This document shows, in pieces, positions 10,901-18,971 of a stretch of 64,000 bases of DNA (the first letter of the stretch is position 1; each line of letters opens with the position of its first letter). The position numbers were made by a program, and so were the translations under genes. Source of the DNA: Monocercomonoides exilis PA203 (Eukaryota; Protista; Preaxostyla); NCBI GenBank assembly GCA_001643675.2, contig LSRY02000003.1:372001-436000 (forward strand), read 5' to 3'. The notes beneath the pieces are model-generated. The model ran no database searches, was not told where the DNA came from, and was given only the letters and a program-made list of their open reading frames with translations.

Positions 10901-12467
10901 TGAAGGATATCCATCATTGAGAAGAAACATCATCTGTTCAGATTCAGGAACATTGAATGTGATGAGTTTGAAGGGAGGAGATGGATTGAAGGATAACACT
11001 TCACTTTGGATGCTGAATGAAGGATGCAATTTTGAAGGGATTGTTTCAGAAAGGGATTCATCATTCTTCATTCCTGTACTGGAGAGTGTGGAAGCAAAAG
11101 AAACAACAGATAGAATGAAGCTGACATTCAAAGGGATGCTTCTTATTCCATGCAATCTGTCATTCTCAGTTGTGAAGAGGAAGGGAGATGAGAAAGAGAT
11201 TGAACATTATGATTTTGATATGGAAGGATTCTTGTCAGAAAGAGAAGCAGAAGGAAGTGTGGCAAAAGACCTGATCAGCAGTTGTGGAGATGAAATGGAA
11301 GTGAGCGTGTGTATTTTGTTTGGGAATGCAGAATCTCCTTCTTCAACAAATTCATTCATTCTGAAAAATGCTAGCATTACTCCACCAAAAGATGATGAAA
11401 GGATTGTTGAAGGAGGAAATGAGAATGACAATGGAAATGTGAATATGATTGAATGGAGTTTATTTGCCTTTATTGGCTGTGTTGTAGTTGTAATAATTCT
11501 GTTGTTCGTAATTGTTGTGGTTGTTGTGCTTTTCCGAAGGAAATTGAGGGAAGCAGAAAGGAAAGCAGAGGCAGCAGATTCAGAAGCAAAACAAATAATG
11601 GAGAAGATTGAGAGGAGAAGGGAAAACAAAAGGGGTAGCTTTGAGATGAGTGAGATGCCATCAACACTGCTGGAAGGGATGACAAGCCAAATTCCACTTC
11701 TCATTGACAACGATGAAGAAGACCTTCCAGAGCCTCCACCAATGACTGATGGAGAGCTGAATGAAAATGATTTTCCAGATTTGGAACCACCATTGCTATT
11801 TTCTGAGGACGATTCTGCTGCTGGAGCACCAAAATCTCATTCACTCAATGTGATATCAGCGAAGAAACCATTTCGAGAGAAAGAGAAAAAGAACATCAAA
11901 ACATTACACTCAGTGATTCATTCAGTTCAGGGCAATTTCACACTGGGAACAAGAGCGATGGATGTTGTTGATGGGAAGGAAGTGGTAAAAGTAGTGGCAG
12001 AGCTGTTTGAGCATTTGATTTCAGTTGATGATGAAAGGGTGGAAATGATGGCGAGGCAGCTGTGTCCATATTCAATCTTTGTTGAAGAAGGGAACAATGA
12101 AATATACCTATTGACTGAAGAATTGGAGGATGAAAAACAGAAGGAAGAAATGAAACGATGGAAGGCACCAGAAATTGGAAATGAAGATGAGGAAGTGGAA
12201 AATGATGGAATTGAGCAAGCAGTTGTATTCACACTTGGACTGATACTCCATGAAATGACAACAGGTGAAGTTCCATTGAGCGAGTGTGAAGCCGAGGAAG
12301 CACAGGAGATGATGAGGGATGGAGTGCGACCACTGACAGAAGGAATCGAAGGGGAAGAAATGGCTGAGCTGATAGAGAGGATGTGGGCAGATGAGCCAGA
12401 TAGCAGGCCAACTTTGGGAGAAGTGATTCAATCGCTGATGGAAATGGCAGAGAATGATGCAGAGTGA
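4905..12467 (+). CDS. Surface receptor copy A (2520 aa): signal peptide, beta-helix (Pmp/pectin-lyase-like GGAI/FxxC) repeats, TM helix, TKL-like pseudokinase C-lobe
   Basis: Intronless ORF with hydrophobic N-terminus. Repeated GGA(L/I/V) and FxxC/FxxN motifs and CG....PC module boundaries. TM WSLFAFIGCVVVVIILLFVIVVVVVLF (~11454-11534) followed by RRK. C-terminal RWKAPE, VFTLGLILHEMTTGEVP, GVRP and W..EP..RP motifs. Confidence 0.9.
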   Translation: MKGNSITVFLLAIMSCLHTRGKAVESVLLIGLAENVGNARFNHICGDQTSLALINTSLCVTHLNLIPLSGCPLLTAQQHSAASICSSTCQVNPAAKSPLFISAHASLALTNFSLTTHQPAILSFPLFSTPNNLLPDTHSPIPASFSISHSSFSSFVSLIQPFLFSPSSLSSPSPSPSPSLSPSPSSSSSSPTSSSFSSPSSSPSPLHIHRQSHPHLQIHLNLHLSNTIFSNISSPQSLLSLPSLPSHSLNSFISTTSSSSSSSSSTNTNTNLIPSFSLHSSLSIRSTIFLHTHNPIDGSILPNLNGPSTSLSAFNASFLHQTRSSQNAAVVHVGNESQRAKPGRLDSFDENSHKFEWCEWENTTGGRNRGGALYVDCANANLTITSCSFNNCSSNGHGGALCCDYLLKISLTKSNFTSCSALHGGAVTSWNPQSSSAWTFSGNIVESCSITNWCGTGWYFALGNDYTNFQLLFSKCKCISNSGGDAAGSLTFNNPPNTKPSQFSINDCQFINNKLTASVNYGGAAIFYYSTFSWMNEMKFITFCFFDGNTATNGRGNDVFFNGSSITQSPFENCGSTTLSKRVWNAGTADNAVYNSWLPIINQNKIVANGGSDVDACGKTQQSPCATVEYALGCVAPFSDASLSLLVSTFTPTKTLTFCAPNTKITGNGTTATTIASSGIPQPSSSSSSFPSSTSSSPDPSATSALFQQTQGSLTASALAIAHNSTNQITPILFHLSENSPSLNLNTTIITGTTSNSITTPLFFLTAGSLALNHTAITRLALNSQSIFHLTSLTAPLTLNSSNITDITSTATPTSCVLSSATSPALSLSLANCTMTSINSEQLSQQTATDGGCISFASSASDNTFSASNTTFSTCSVSEDASNGGKGGGIYLDCSLNEVGFQLSSISFSECSATVGKNMFVKSNNLANTVNTECFAFDCSDYEDDGNAFVGEDGIYGEMDLRVFLVSLKWVVVTVSTGGHDTLGCGSEKFPCQSMKSGIDHIDRSGTEGERKVKVKDEVTIEDIYSFTDALVIDGEAIKHKPIHFEKTINGDSASSTSVISSIQPLSFFYLKLQIPNQFTPSVNSLISSSNNLQLENCLFEIQSSTDIVQYSLISTTTGSCTLKGCGFADCSFIKSPLVLASSVLFENSNFSYIVNTGRSGEGGLARVILQGNEELVIKSTNVSFCSLSAGNGKGGFLHLDCENCLNEKPFLLETASFNNNNADIGKNLFILGKDLNTSVTNESFKFDYSSMIDDDNLFVGSDNFHSNKDLFMFLVPYSSIEIFISSEGFDVARCGSEKEPCFTMWKGMENMEKEIGNKTIQISGSTIIQDSYNVSNYQIKKSVKMGEEEVKAKLNFENAIGDQLEYFMVNDDHLELTNIQLQLKSGFDNSSKTIISNRGGNLVISECSFHSEAGMNNGFDCVFVNVIGGNMEVNDLSIKSCNVGNSIFVVHDSGIICHLTNVRVESLNESGGCLLLIKGTESLKKINEGGEEMNLNIDNSSFSGVKRSGNGPSILRSKSDKKIDLVVKESNITEDKAEKSEKGGAIYFTLGSSGSMKMIDSKITNCNCSISSGKGGGVYLTTDERGELNFSFAGMKFSDNGASVGKDVFIDCFNISSQINETQFQFDLREGHYSRINAIYGIDSCDYPIDTDLIEFVTIHQSDTIIVSSVNGSDERQCGTNALPCDSINHGLMHLTSEFVSLLHVDTKSAIEEEINLKEMSLSSKSRETCEVEVKSKITSEKNSLISTTGTVSLVRVNFVFDPNFASSHKSLISPEGGILEIVNCSFTTKQSNEEENEAFANIQFHIIKMEKGELQLDGCTISNLILQESALHLSSPLPSVIYLFTIYNSAISKSLIDINECGQLNMDRLNTENITVEGNEESLISCLSMKKTMQFANCTIGGVSSKAKKGKLMKLENCLDVKMDSCYFDGSSKERNEMNSNTEEEMCRWDGSVVDVVKSSVIVKDTTNSNSPDGGITMRGGNVNIEKGEFINNNPSIEGYPSLRRNIICSDSGTLNVMSLKGGDGLKDNTSLWMLNEGCNFEGIVSERDSSFFIPVLESVEAKETTDRMKLTFKGMLLIPCNLSFSVVKRKGDEKEIEHYDFDMEGFLSEREAEGSVAKDLISSCGDEMEVSVCILFGNAESPSSTNSFILKNASITPPKDDERIVEGGNENDNGNVNMIEWSLFAFIGCVVVVIILLFVIVVVVVLFRRKLREAERKAEAADSEAKQIMEKIERRRENKRGSFEMSEMPSTLLEGMTSQIPLLIDNDEEDLPEPPPMTDGELNENDFPDLEPPLLFSEDDSAAGAPKSHSLNVISAKKPFREKEKKNIKTLHSVIHSVQGNFTLGTRAMDVVDGKEVVKVVAELFEHLISVDDERVEMMARQLCPYSIFVEEGNNEIYLLTEELEDEKQKEEMKRWKAPEIGNEDEEVENDGIEQAVVFTLGLILHEMTTGEVPLSECEAEEAQEMMRDGVRPLTEGIEGEEMAELIERMWADEPDSRPTLGEVIQSLMEMAENDAE

Positions 12468-13090
12468 CATGAGATACGAATTCAAGAACACCAACCAAAA
12501 ACTTGCATTTTGTGAAATTGGAGGAACTGAAACTTGCTTTTCTCTTTTTGTTTAATTTGAAGTTTTTTTAAAATGATTTGTGCTGTCCAAAAACGTTTTA
12601 TATGATGGCTTTGTGGTTATTTTTATGAATAATCGCGTCAATACTAAAATCTAATTAAAAACCAAAACTTGTTTTCCATTTCGTTGCTTATTCAAGTCCA
12701 TTTTGATTTGGAATTGAAAAAGTGATTTGTTGAAAAGTTTAATCAGCTTTGAATGTTATTTGAATTTCATTTTATCGCTCATGCCAAACAGCTGAGAATA
12801 TCATTATATTTCAAGCAACAACTGCTTCAAATCAGGTTTTCAATTATGTTCTAAAATGCATTGCATTGGAAATGAAAGGAAAATTAAATAAAACCACTCG
12901 TTTTAGCGAAAAATATTTATTTAGTGAATTTTCATGTGAATTTTCTAATGGCTAATCCTGTTTGAAATCAAACTTTTTCTTCAGTCTTCATCGTTTTTTT
13001 CTCAATGTGAATTCCATATACTGCTTCAAGTACAACTGACAGTTTCAGAAACAGTTGTTGTACAATTTTTCATAATCAATCAGATAATCA
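12468..13090 (+). repeat. 3' non-coding arm of the inverted duplication (partner 43460-44087)
   Basis: Alignable by eye to the reverse complement of ~43460-44087, e.g. catgagatacgaattcaagaacaccaacc, atcgctcatgccaaacagctgagaatat, tttgaaatcaaactttttcttcag. Confidence 0.9.
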
Positions 13091-14029
13091 CATTTAGAAT
13101 AAAAATTAAATTGAATTTCGAAAATAATTATTGTTTCAAAAATTCTCACACAGACCTTTTCAATTCTCGAAAAAACATCTTGTTGTATTTAAGTGTGAAG
13201 ACGTTTTTCACATATTTTTAGGATATATCATTCACATCATTCGAAATTCCATCACAATAGAAATTGCACAGAACTCGTTCCAGTGTCAAAAGTTTGTTTC
13301 ATTTTTAGGAAAATGTTGATAGATGAAACGGACTTTTGAACAAAAAATTAATTTTAACGTTATTATATGTGAAATCATATTTTTTTATGATTAAAATATC
13401 GTTTGCAGATTTGTTTTGAACATTTGACAGCGAATACAAGAAACTTATACTCCCTAATCAAGAAATCTTTTCATCTTTTACTACTCAAGCATCCACTTCA
13501 ACAATGCTGACAATTGATTGAATATTTCTTAAAGAGTTTTCCAATCAATGTAAATTTTCCAATTTTTCTTTGAAAAAACAGAAATTATTTGTTTTTACAA
13601 AAATATTTTCTCACATACAAAGCTGTTTTCTTTTTGTAATTCATTTTTCCTCACTTTATTTTGTGGAAAGATGCATTCGGAGGAAATGGTTTGCACGAAA
13701 TTATTATTGTAAATATATGAAATGATTATTTCAACTTTTCAAAATAAATTTCTTCATAGAAGAAGTGGAATCGATTTTGCAAGAAGGAAATGGAAGTTCA
13801 AACGTTTGAGGTGGTTTTTTTGTGCTTGTCCATTTGAGTTTTTAGAAATGTCGCTGAAAATAAAAGTTTCGTGAATGAATGAAGGAAATTGTAACAAATG
13901 ATATGTATACTGTAAAGCTTCTGCTAGGACTGTTTTTTAGCAGTTATGAATAAGATGAAGGAGCTTCGGATGAAGGAATCATCTCAGAATCCAAAAGAGT
14001 TTATACACGTAAGTCTTCTGGCTAACAAA

Positions 14030-14490
14030 CATGCACAGTCAAAACCAGATATAATCACATCGGTTTTTGCACAACTTTTTGTGACTAAATCCGATGAAGA
14101 ATATATTTGATGCTGCTTATCACAGAAAAACAAAAAAATATATAAATTTAATAATTTATAAAAGTTTTTTTTTATTTATTTTTGAAAATTCTTCACAAAA
14201 ATTCATTTTTCCCTTGCGAAAACATTTTTAATCATAAATACACATTATTAAAACATATTTGAGCACATATTTGAAAAAGCGAAAAATTGAAATTTCTGAT
14301 CAAAAAATCGATTTTTCATTGAAAATAGCACACATTATAATAAAAAATGTGATTATAAATTTTCAGCACTGTGATTTTATGCGATGGAAAATGAATGAAA
14401 AACTAGCAAAAAATGTCGGTGCATCTAAAAATGTGACAATAAATGATGTTGATTACATTCGATGTGATCATGTCAGGTTTGGACTGTATT
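14030..14490. repeat. Degenerate inverted pair of a dispersed ~100-bp repeat (possible MITE-like relic); third copy at 43024-43120
   Basis: 14031 atgcacagtcaaaaccagatataatcacatcg resembles the reverse complement of 14460-14492. 14395-14490 aligns directly with 43024-43120. Confidence 0.4.
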
Positions 14491-14630
14491 CATTAAAAAG
14501 AATAAATAAAAAGATAAACAAAAAAATAAATAAAATAAAAATAAAAAATTAAACGAAAAAAAAATAACCCTGTGTGACGTGAAGAAAAAACTTTGTCACG
14601 TCCGTCACCATTTTTCCACTCATAAACAAA

Positions 14631-14631
<1 letters not shown>

Positions 14632-14670
<39 letters not shown>
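14632..14670 (+). repeat. Poly(A) tract (~39 nt)
   Basis: Directly visible homopolymer. Confidence 0.95.
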
Positions 14671-14671
<1 letters not shown>

Positions 14672-15482
14672 AAAGAGTGAAACAATATAATTTATTAATT
14701 AGTTTTTACATTAAAATTTTATTCACATTATGTGAAAAGATAAAAACGTCATCATCATTTTTTGTTCGAGAAAATCGATTATTGAAATAATTTATGAAAA
14801 TTTAAAAAAAAAAAAGAATGAAAAAAAAAGTGGCTTCAGAAGTTTTAAAATAACCAAAAAACGAAAAAAAAATGTATGTTAACAATGTCAAATGAAGAAA
14901 ACTCGTACAAGTTATTTGAAATGCGAGAATAATTTAGATCATTATTTAATTACAAATAATGTATCAAAATATTTTTTTGAAAATAGAAAAGAATAAAATA
15001 TATTTTTGGAATTGTATTGAAAAGTTTTATTTGATCTTTTATTATGTCAATTTCTTCTTTTTAATAATTATTAATACTTATTAGAGGATCTTTTTTGATT
15101 TTCAAATTGTAAAAAGAAACAAAATTTTGTCTCTTTAATGATTTGCAATTTTTAAATCCTTCTATACTATTATGTTTTTTTTATGCTTATTTGAAAGTAG
15201 AATAAGTATTGGATATGTTGCAGAAATATTTTCAAAAAATTAATAGAAAAAATATTTGGATTTCTGTGTGAAATGGTTTATTACACAACGATTTGTTATA
15301 TTTCTTTAAAACAGACACATATGCTTTTTCTCAGAGTAAAAACTTAATGAAATATTTCTCATGAAAGAATTGAATTAATTTTTCAAAACACCCATAACAT
15401 AATATTGGTCATTAATATTTTTTGTGTTGAAAAAGAGAGCAAATATTATTTTAAAAGCAAATAGACATCTCGTAAAGACCAA

Positions 15483-18103
15483 ATGATAGAAGAGGAAGAG
15501 GAATTTGAAGAAATAGAAGAAGAAATAGAAGAAGAAACAGAAGAAATTTGTTTTGAAAGAGAGGACGAAGATGCTTCTTCATCAAATATCCCATCTTCAA
15601 GCAGGAATACTCTTGACGCAAGTTCAGTATGATGGAGACATTGTAACATAAATTTTTAAAGAATAATTTCCATTCTTTTGCTTTTCCATTTAGTCATATG
15701 CTTTCATTCCACAGATAGAAATTCGAAATACTCTAAATTCATTTATTGAAAACATACAGTCATTTACTAGTCGATCTGCAGATGACTCAACATTAATGTG
15801 TATCCATTGTCAGTGTGCTTTAATAGTTTTTTCTTTTTTCATTTTCTTTTTTTTTTTAAGTTGGAATCAAGATCAACTTCTCTCTCTTTACGCAGATAAT
15901 TCCAGTAAACTTTTAAAGGATTGTGGCGCTCAATTGAATAAGATCGAGCCATTAAGAGAGTCATTTTCTGGAGATGAATTTACGTGCCCAATTTGCTATT
16001 GCGATTATCCAAAATCAGAGAGTCTGAACATTCTATATCTTCATAGGATTGAATAACATTCAATTTATGAAGAAATTTGTTTGCCATGTGGACATGGATT
16101 TTGTTTGGATTGTTGTAGGGGCAATTTACTTTCTTCACTTGGAAAAGGTGTTACATGTATTTCAACTGCATGCATGCAGAGTGGTTGCAATCTGATATAT
16201 CCTCCAAGCATGTGGAAAAAAGTTTTAAAAAGTTTGGATTCGAAAGGTATTTGAAAATGTTTAAAGATCATTTATTTCGAAATTCATAATTTTTTAAACA
16301 TTTTTATTGATTAGATGAAGATTATGAAAGATATATGTTTTATCTCCAGCAGAACTTTGTTTCAGAAAATAGGGATCTCAGGTGCGTAGCCTTTAAAATG
16401 CAACATTTTTTTCTTATGAATTTTTTGGTTTTCTATATTGAACTTTTCTTGTTATCATATTTTTATTATTCATCGAAATATTTATTTTAAAAAAAATTGT
16501 TGAACGCTTAAACACTCTGGTTATCCGTTTTAATTGAGATGGTGTCCTGCTCCAGGGTGCACTTGGATATCTCAGCGCAAAGGCTTTGACACGAGTGTGA
16601 TATGCAAATGCGGGAGAGGATACTGGTGTGACTCAGATGCTTTGATTTTTTTATGCAAATTCTCATTTTTGTGAATATTTCTCATGTTAGCTTTGCATGT
16701 GGAGATGAAATACACACACCAGTGACTTGCGAAATCCTGAAAAAGTGGTATGCAAGAATCGAAGATCAGAAGGATAGTGGAGATGTTTATCTTTCAACGC
16801 TTAAGCCTTGCCCAAAGTGTGCCAAAATGATTCTTTCATAAATCAATATTTTTTGTTCTTTTCTTTTCTTTTCTTTTCTTTTCTTTTCTTTTCTTTTCTT
16901 TTCTTTTCTTTTCTTTTCTTTTCTTTTCTTTTCTTTTCTTTTCTTTTCTTTTCTTTTCTTTTCTTTTCTTTTCTTTTCTTTTCTTTTCTTTTCTTTTCTT
17001 TTCTTTTCTTTTCTCTTCTCTTCTCTTCTCTTCTCTTCTCTTCTCTTCCGTTTTATCTTCATCCTTCTCTTCTCTTCTCTTCTCTTCTCTTCTCTTTCTC
17101 GAAATGAATGCTTCAGATGTACTGTTTTGCTAGACAAAGACGGAGGGTGCAACCACATGACATGCAAGAGCTGCAGATACGAATTCTGCTGGATTTGCAT
17201 GGGGCCCTGGAAACAGCATGGGCAGGAGACAGGTTTGATATACTTGAAACACATCGCTGTTTTGAGATATTTATTTTATTTTATTTTATTTGTTTATTTA
17301 TAAATATTCATTGACAAAATATGATTGATGAATTTTGTTGGAATATGTCTGAAACAACAACTTGATTGCATAATTCTTCTTTCAACAGGCGGGTATTATT
17401 CATGCAACAGACCTGTTGATGAATCATTACTTGGGGAATCGAAGAATGCCAAGCAGAGATTGGATTATTTCGAGCATTATCACACGCGATTCGTCGAGCA
17501 CGGCAACTCTCAGAGGTTTTCGCAGAATCAGCTGAAGTCCATCTCATCGAAAATCCAAAAATTCAACAGCTTGAACGCATGTGCGGAAAACGTGGGAGAG
17601 TTTATTAGAGAAGGGGTTGAAGTGGTGGCTGAATGCAGACGCATTCTGAAATACACATATGCTTGGGGATTCTTCATGGAGAAAGGTCCACAAAAAGACT
17701 TGTATGCCTGAATCAGAGAAAAAGAAAGACTGAAGAATATGTTTTTTTGAATGATAGAGAATTACGAAGTCTGGCTTTGATATGAACAATTTTTTTTTTG
17801 AATTTGTTTTTCTTTCAATTTTTCTGAAATTCACAAAATGTTCTTTTTTTTTTTCACTCTTAAATCAATTTGAAGGTTTGAATTTCTCCAGCGTGATCTC
17901 GAAGCAGAGACCGAGAGGTTGAGCGAATTAACTGAGGAACCAGTTGAAAAGATTGATAGACTGATCCATCTTGAATATATAAAATCCTCAAAAAAAGTAT
18001 CTTATCTTTTTGAATATTTTTTTTTAAACATTAATTCATATTATTTATGTAGTATTTAATTAATTTGCTCGATGGACTTTCGGACTTTCAGGGAAAGGCA
18101 TAA
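15483..18103 (+). CDS. ARIH1: Ariadne-family RBR E3 ubiquitin ligase, 11 exons
   Basis: Spliced translation gives an acidic N-terminus, RING1 ([14 protein letters not shown]), IBR (WCPAPGC..CKCG..CFAC..H..C), RING2 ([24 protein letters not shown]) and an Ariadne domain ([32 protein letters not shown]). Predicted introns: 15627-15693, 15813-15860, 16022-16072, 16247-16314, 16382-16538, 16626-16690, 16817-17116, 17233-17388, 17702-17875, 17997-18052. All keep frame. Confidence 0.93.
16855..17099 (+). repeat. (TTTTC)n grading into (TTCTC)n microsatellite inside Ariadne intron 7
   Basis: Directly visible, between donor 16817 and acceptor 17116. Confidence 0.95.
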
Positions 18104-18476
18104 ATAAATCCAATTCAAATTTGTTTTTGGGTTGTAAATATTCTTTTTAACTATAATTTTTCATTTTTTTTCCAACTACGTCCTAGTGATGATTTTAATA
18201 TTGTTTGATTTTCTAAAAGTATATCTTTCATTTTTCTCCATGAACTTCATCTTATTAAATTTGAAAAGTTTGAAAATAATTATAAATACATAATTATTGA
18301 ACAATCGGTCAAATATTGTTGATTTAACGAATGACCTGAAGTGGTAAATTTGAGCACCAAAGGTAATTAGTTTAAAGAAAAGGGATTTCAATTCATAATC
18401 ACTTAAGATTAAGAATGATCCAAAACTGAATCTTAATCGCACAGATTCAGTTGACAGCGTCGAAAGCAAAATATAT

Positions 18477-18700
18477 TTATTTTGACTTTGCTCTCAACCT
18501 CCTTCTTGCTCTCTTCAAGCGGCGCATACGCTTCTTTCTCCACTAAACATGTGAAATGCAAAAAAGTTATTTAATCGTTGATAATGATACGAAATATTAA
18601 TATTTCATATTTCGAAACATAAGAAATACAATTCAATAACATTTTCGTTACACAATAGTCATTAATATACTAAATAAACCAGTCAAACCTTTGCACGCAT
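18477..18700 (-). CDS. RPL41: Ribosomal protein eL41 (L41/eS32), 25 aa, two exons
   Basis: Exon 18700-18689 (MRAK), intron GTTTGA..TTTAG 18688-18543, exon 18542-18477. Product [25 protein letters not shown], matching canonical [25 protein letters not shown]. Confidence 0.97.
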
Positions 18701-18971
18701 TTTTCTATCAGTTGTGCTTAGTCAGTTATGGAATTACGGAAGATCAATAAAGCCATTGTTTAAATTAAGTGAAAAAAAACATAATGCCAATTATTGTGAT
18801 AATTACAACAAAAAATTTAAACGACAACAAAAATTTGAGCTTAATTACAAATAAAGACTGGAAGGCAGTTGATTTTTACATATGAATTACCAAAACCAAA
18901 AAAAATTTGAAATCAACTCCCTTACTGTTAAATAATATCAATTAACTAGTAAAATAATAGCTATTTTGGAA

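Noticed and set aside
16787-17254. KEKKR-repeat and FFSFL-repeat ORFs (also 20071-20381, 41730-42005)
   Set aside because: These are translations of intronic or intergenic microsatellites.
18176-18469. 97-aa minus-strand ORF, and a possible box C/D snoRNA (GTGATGA ~18186, CTGA ~18336)
   Set aside because: The ORF starts at TTG in AT-rich UTR sequence. The boxes are far apart with no terminal stem or recognisable guide.
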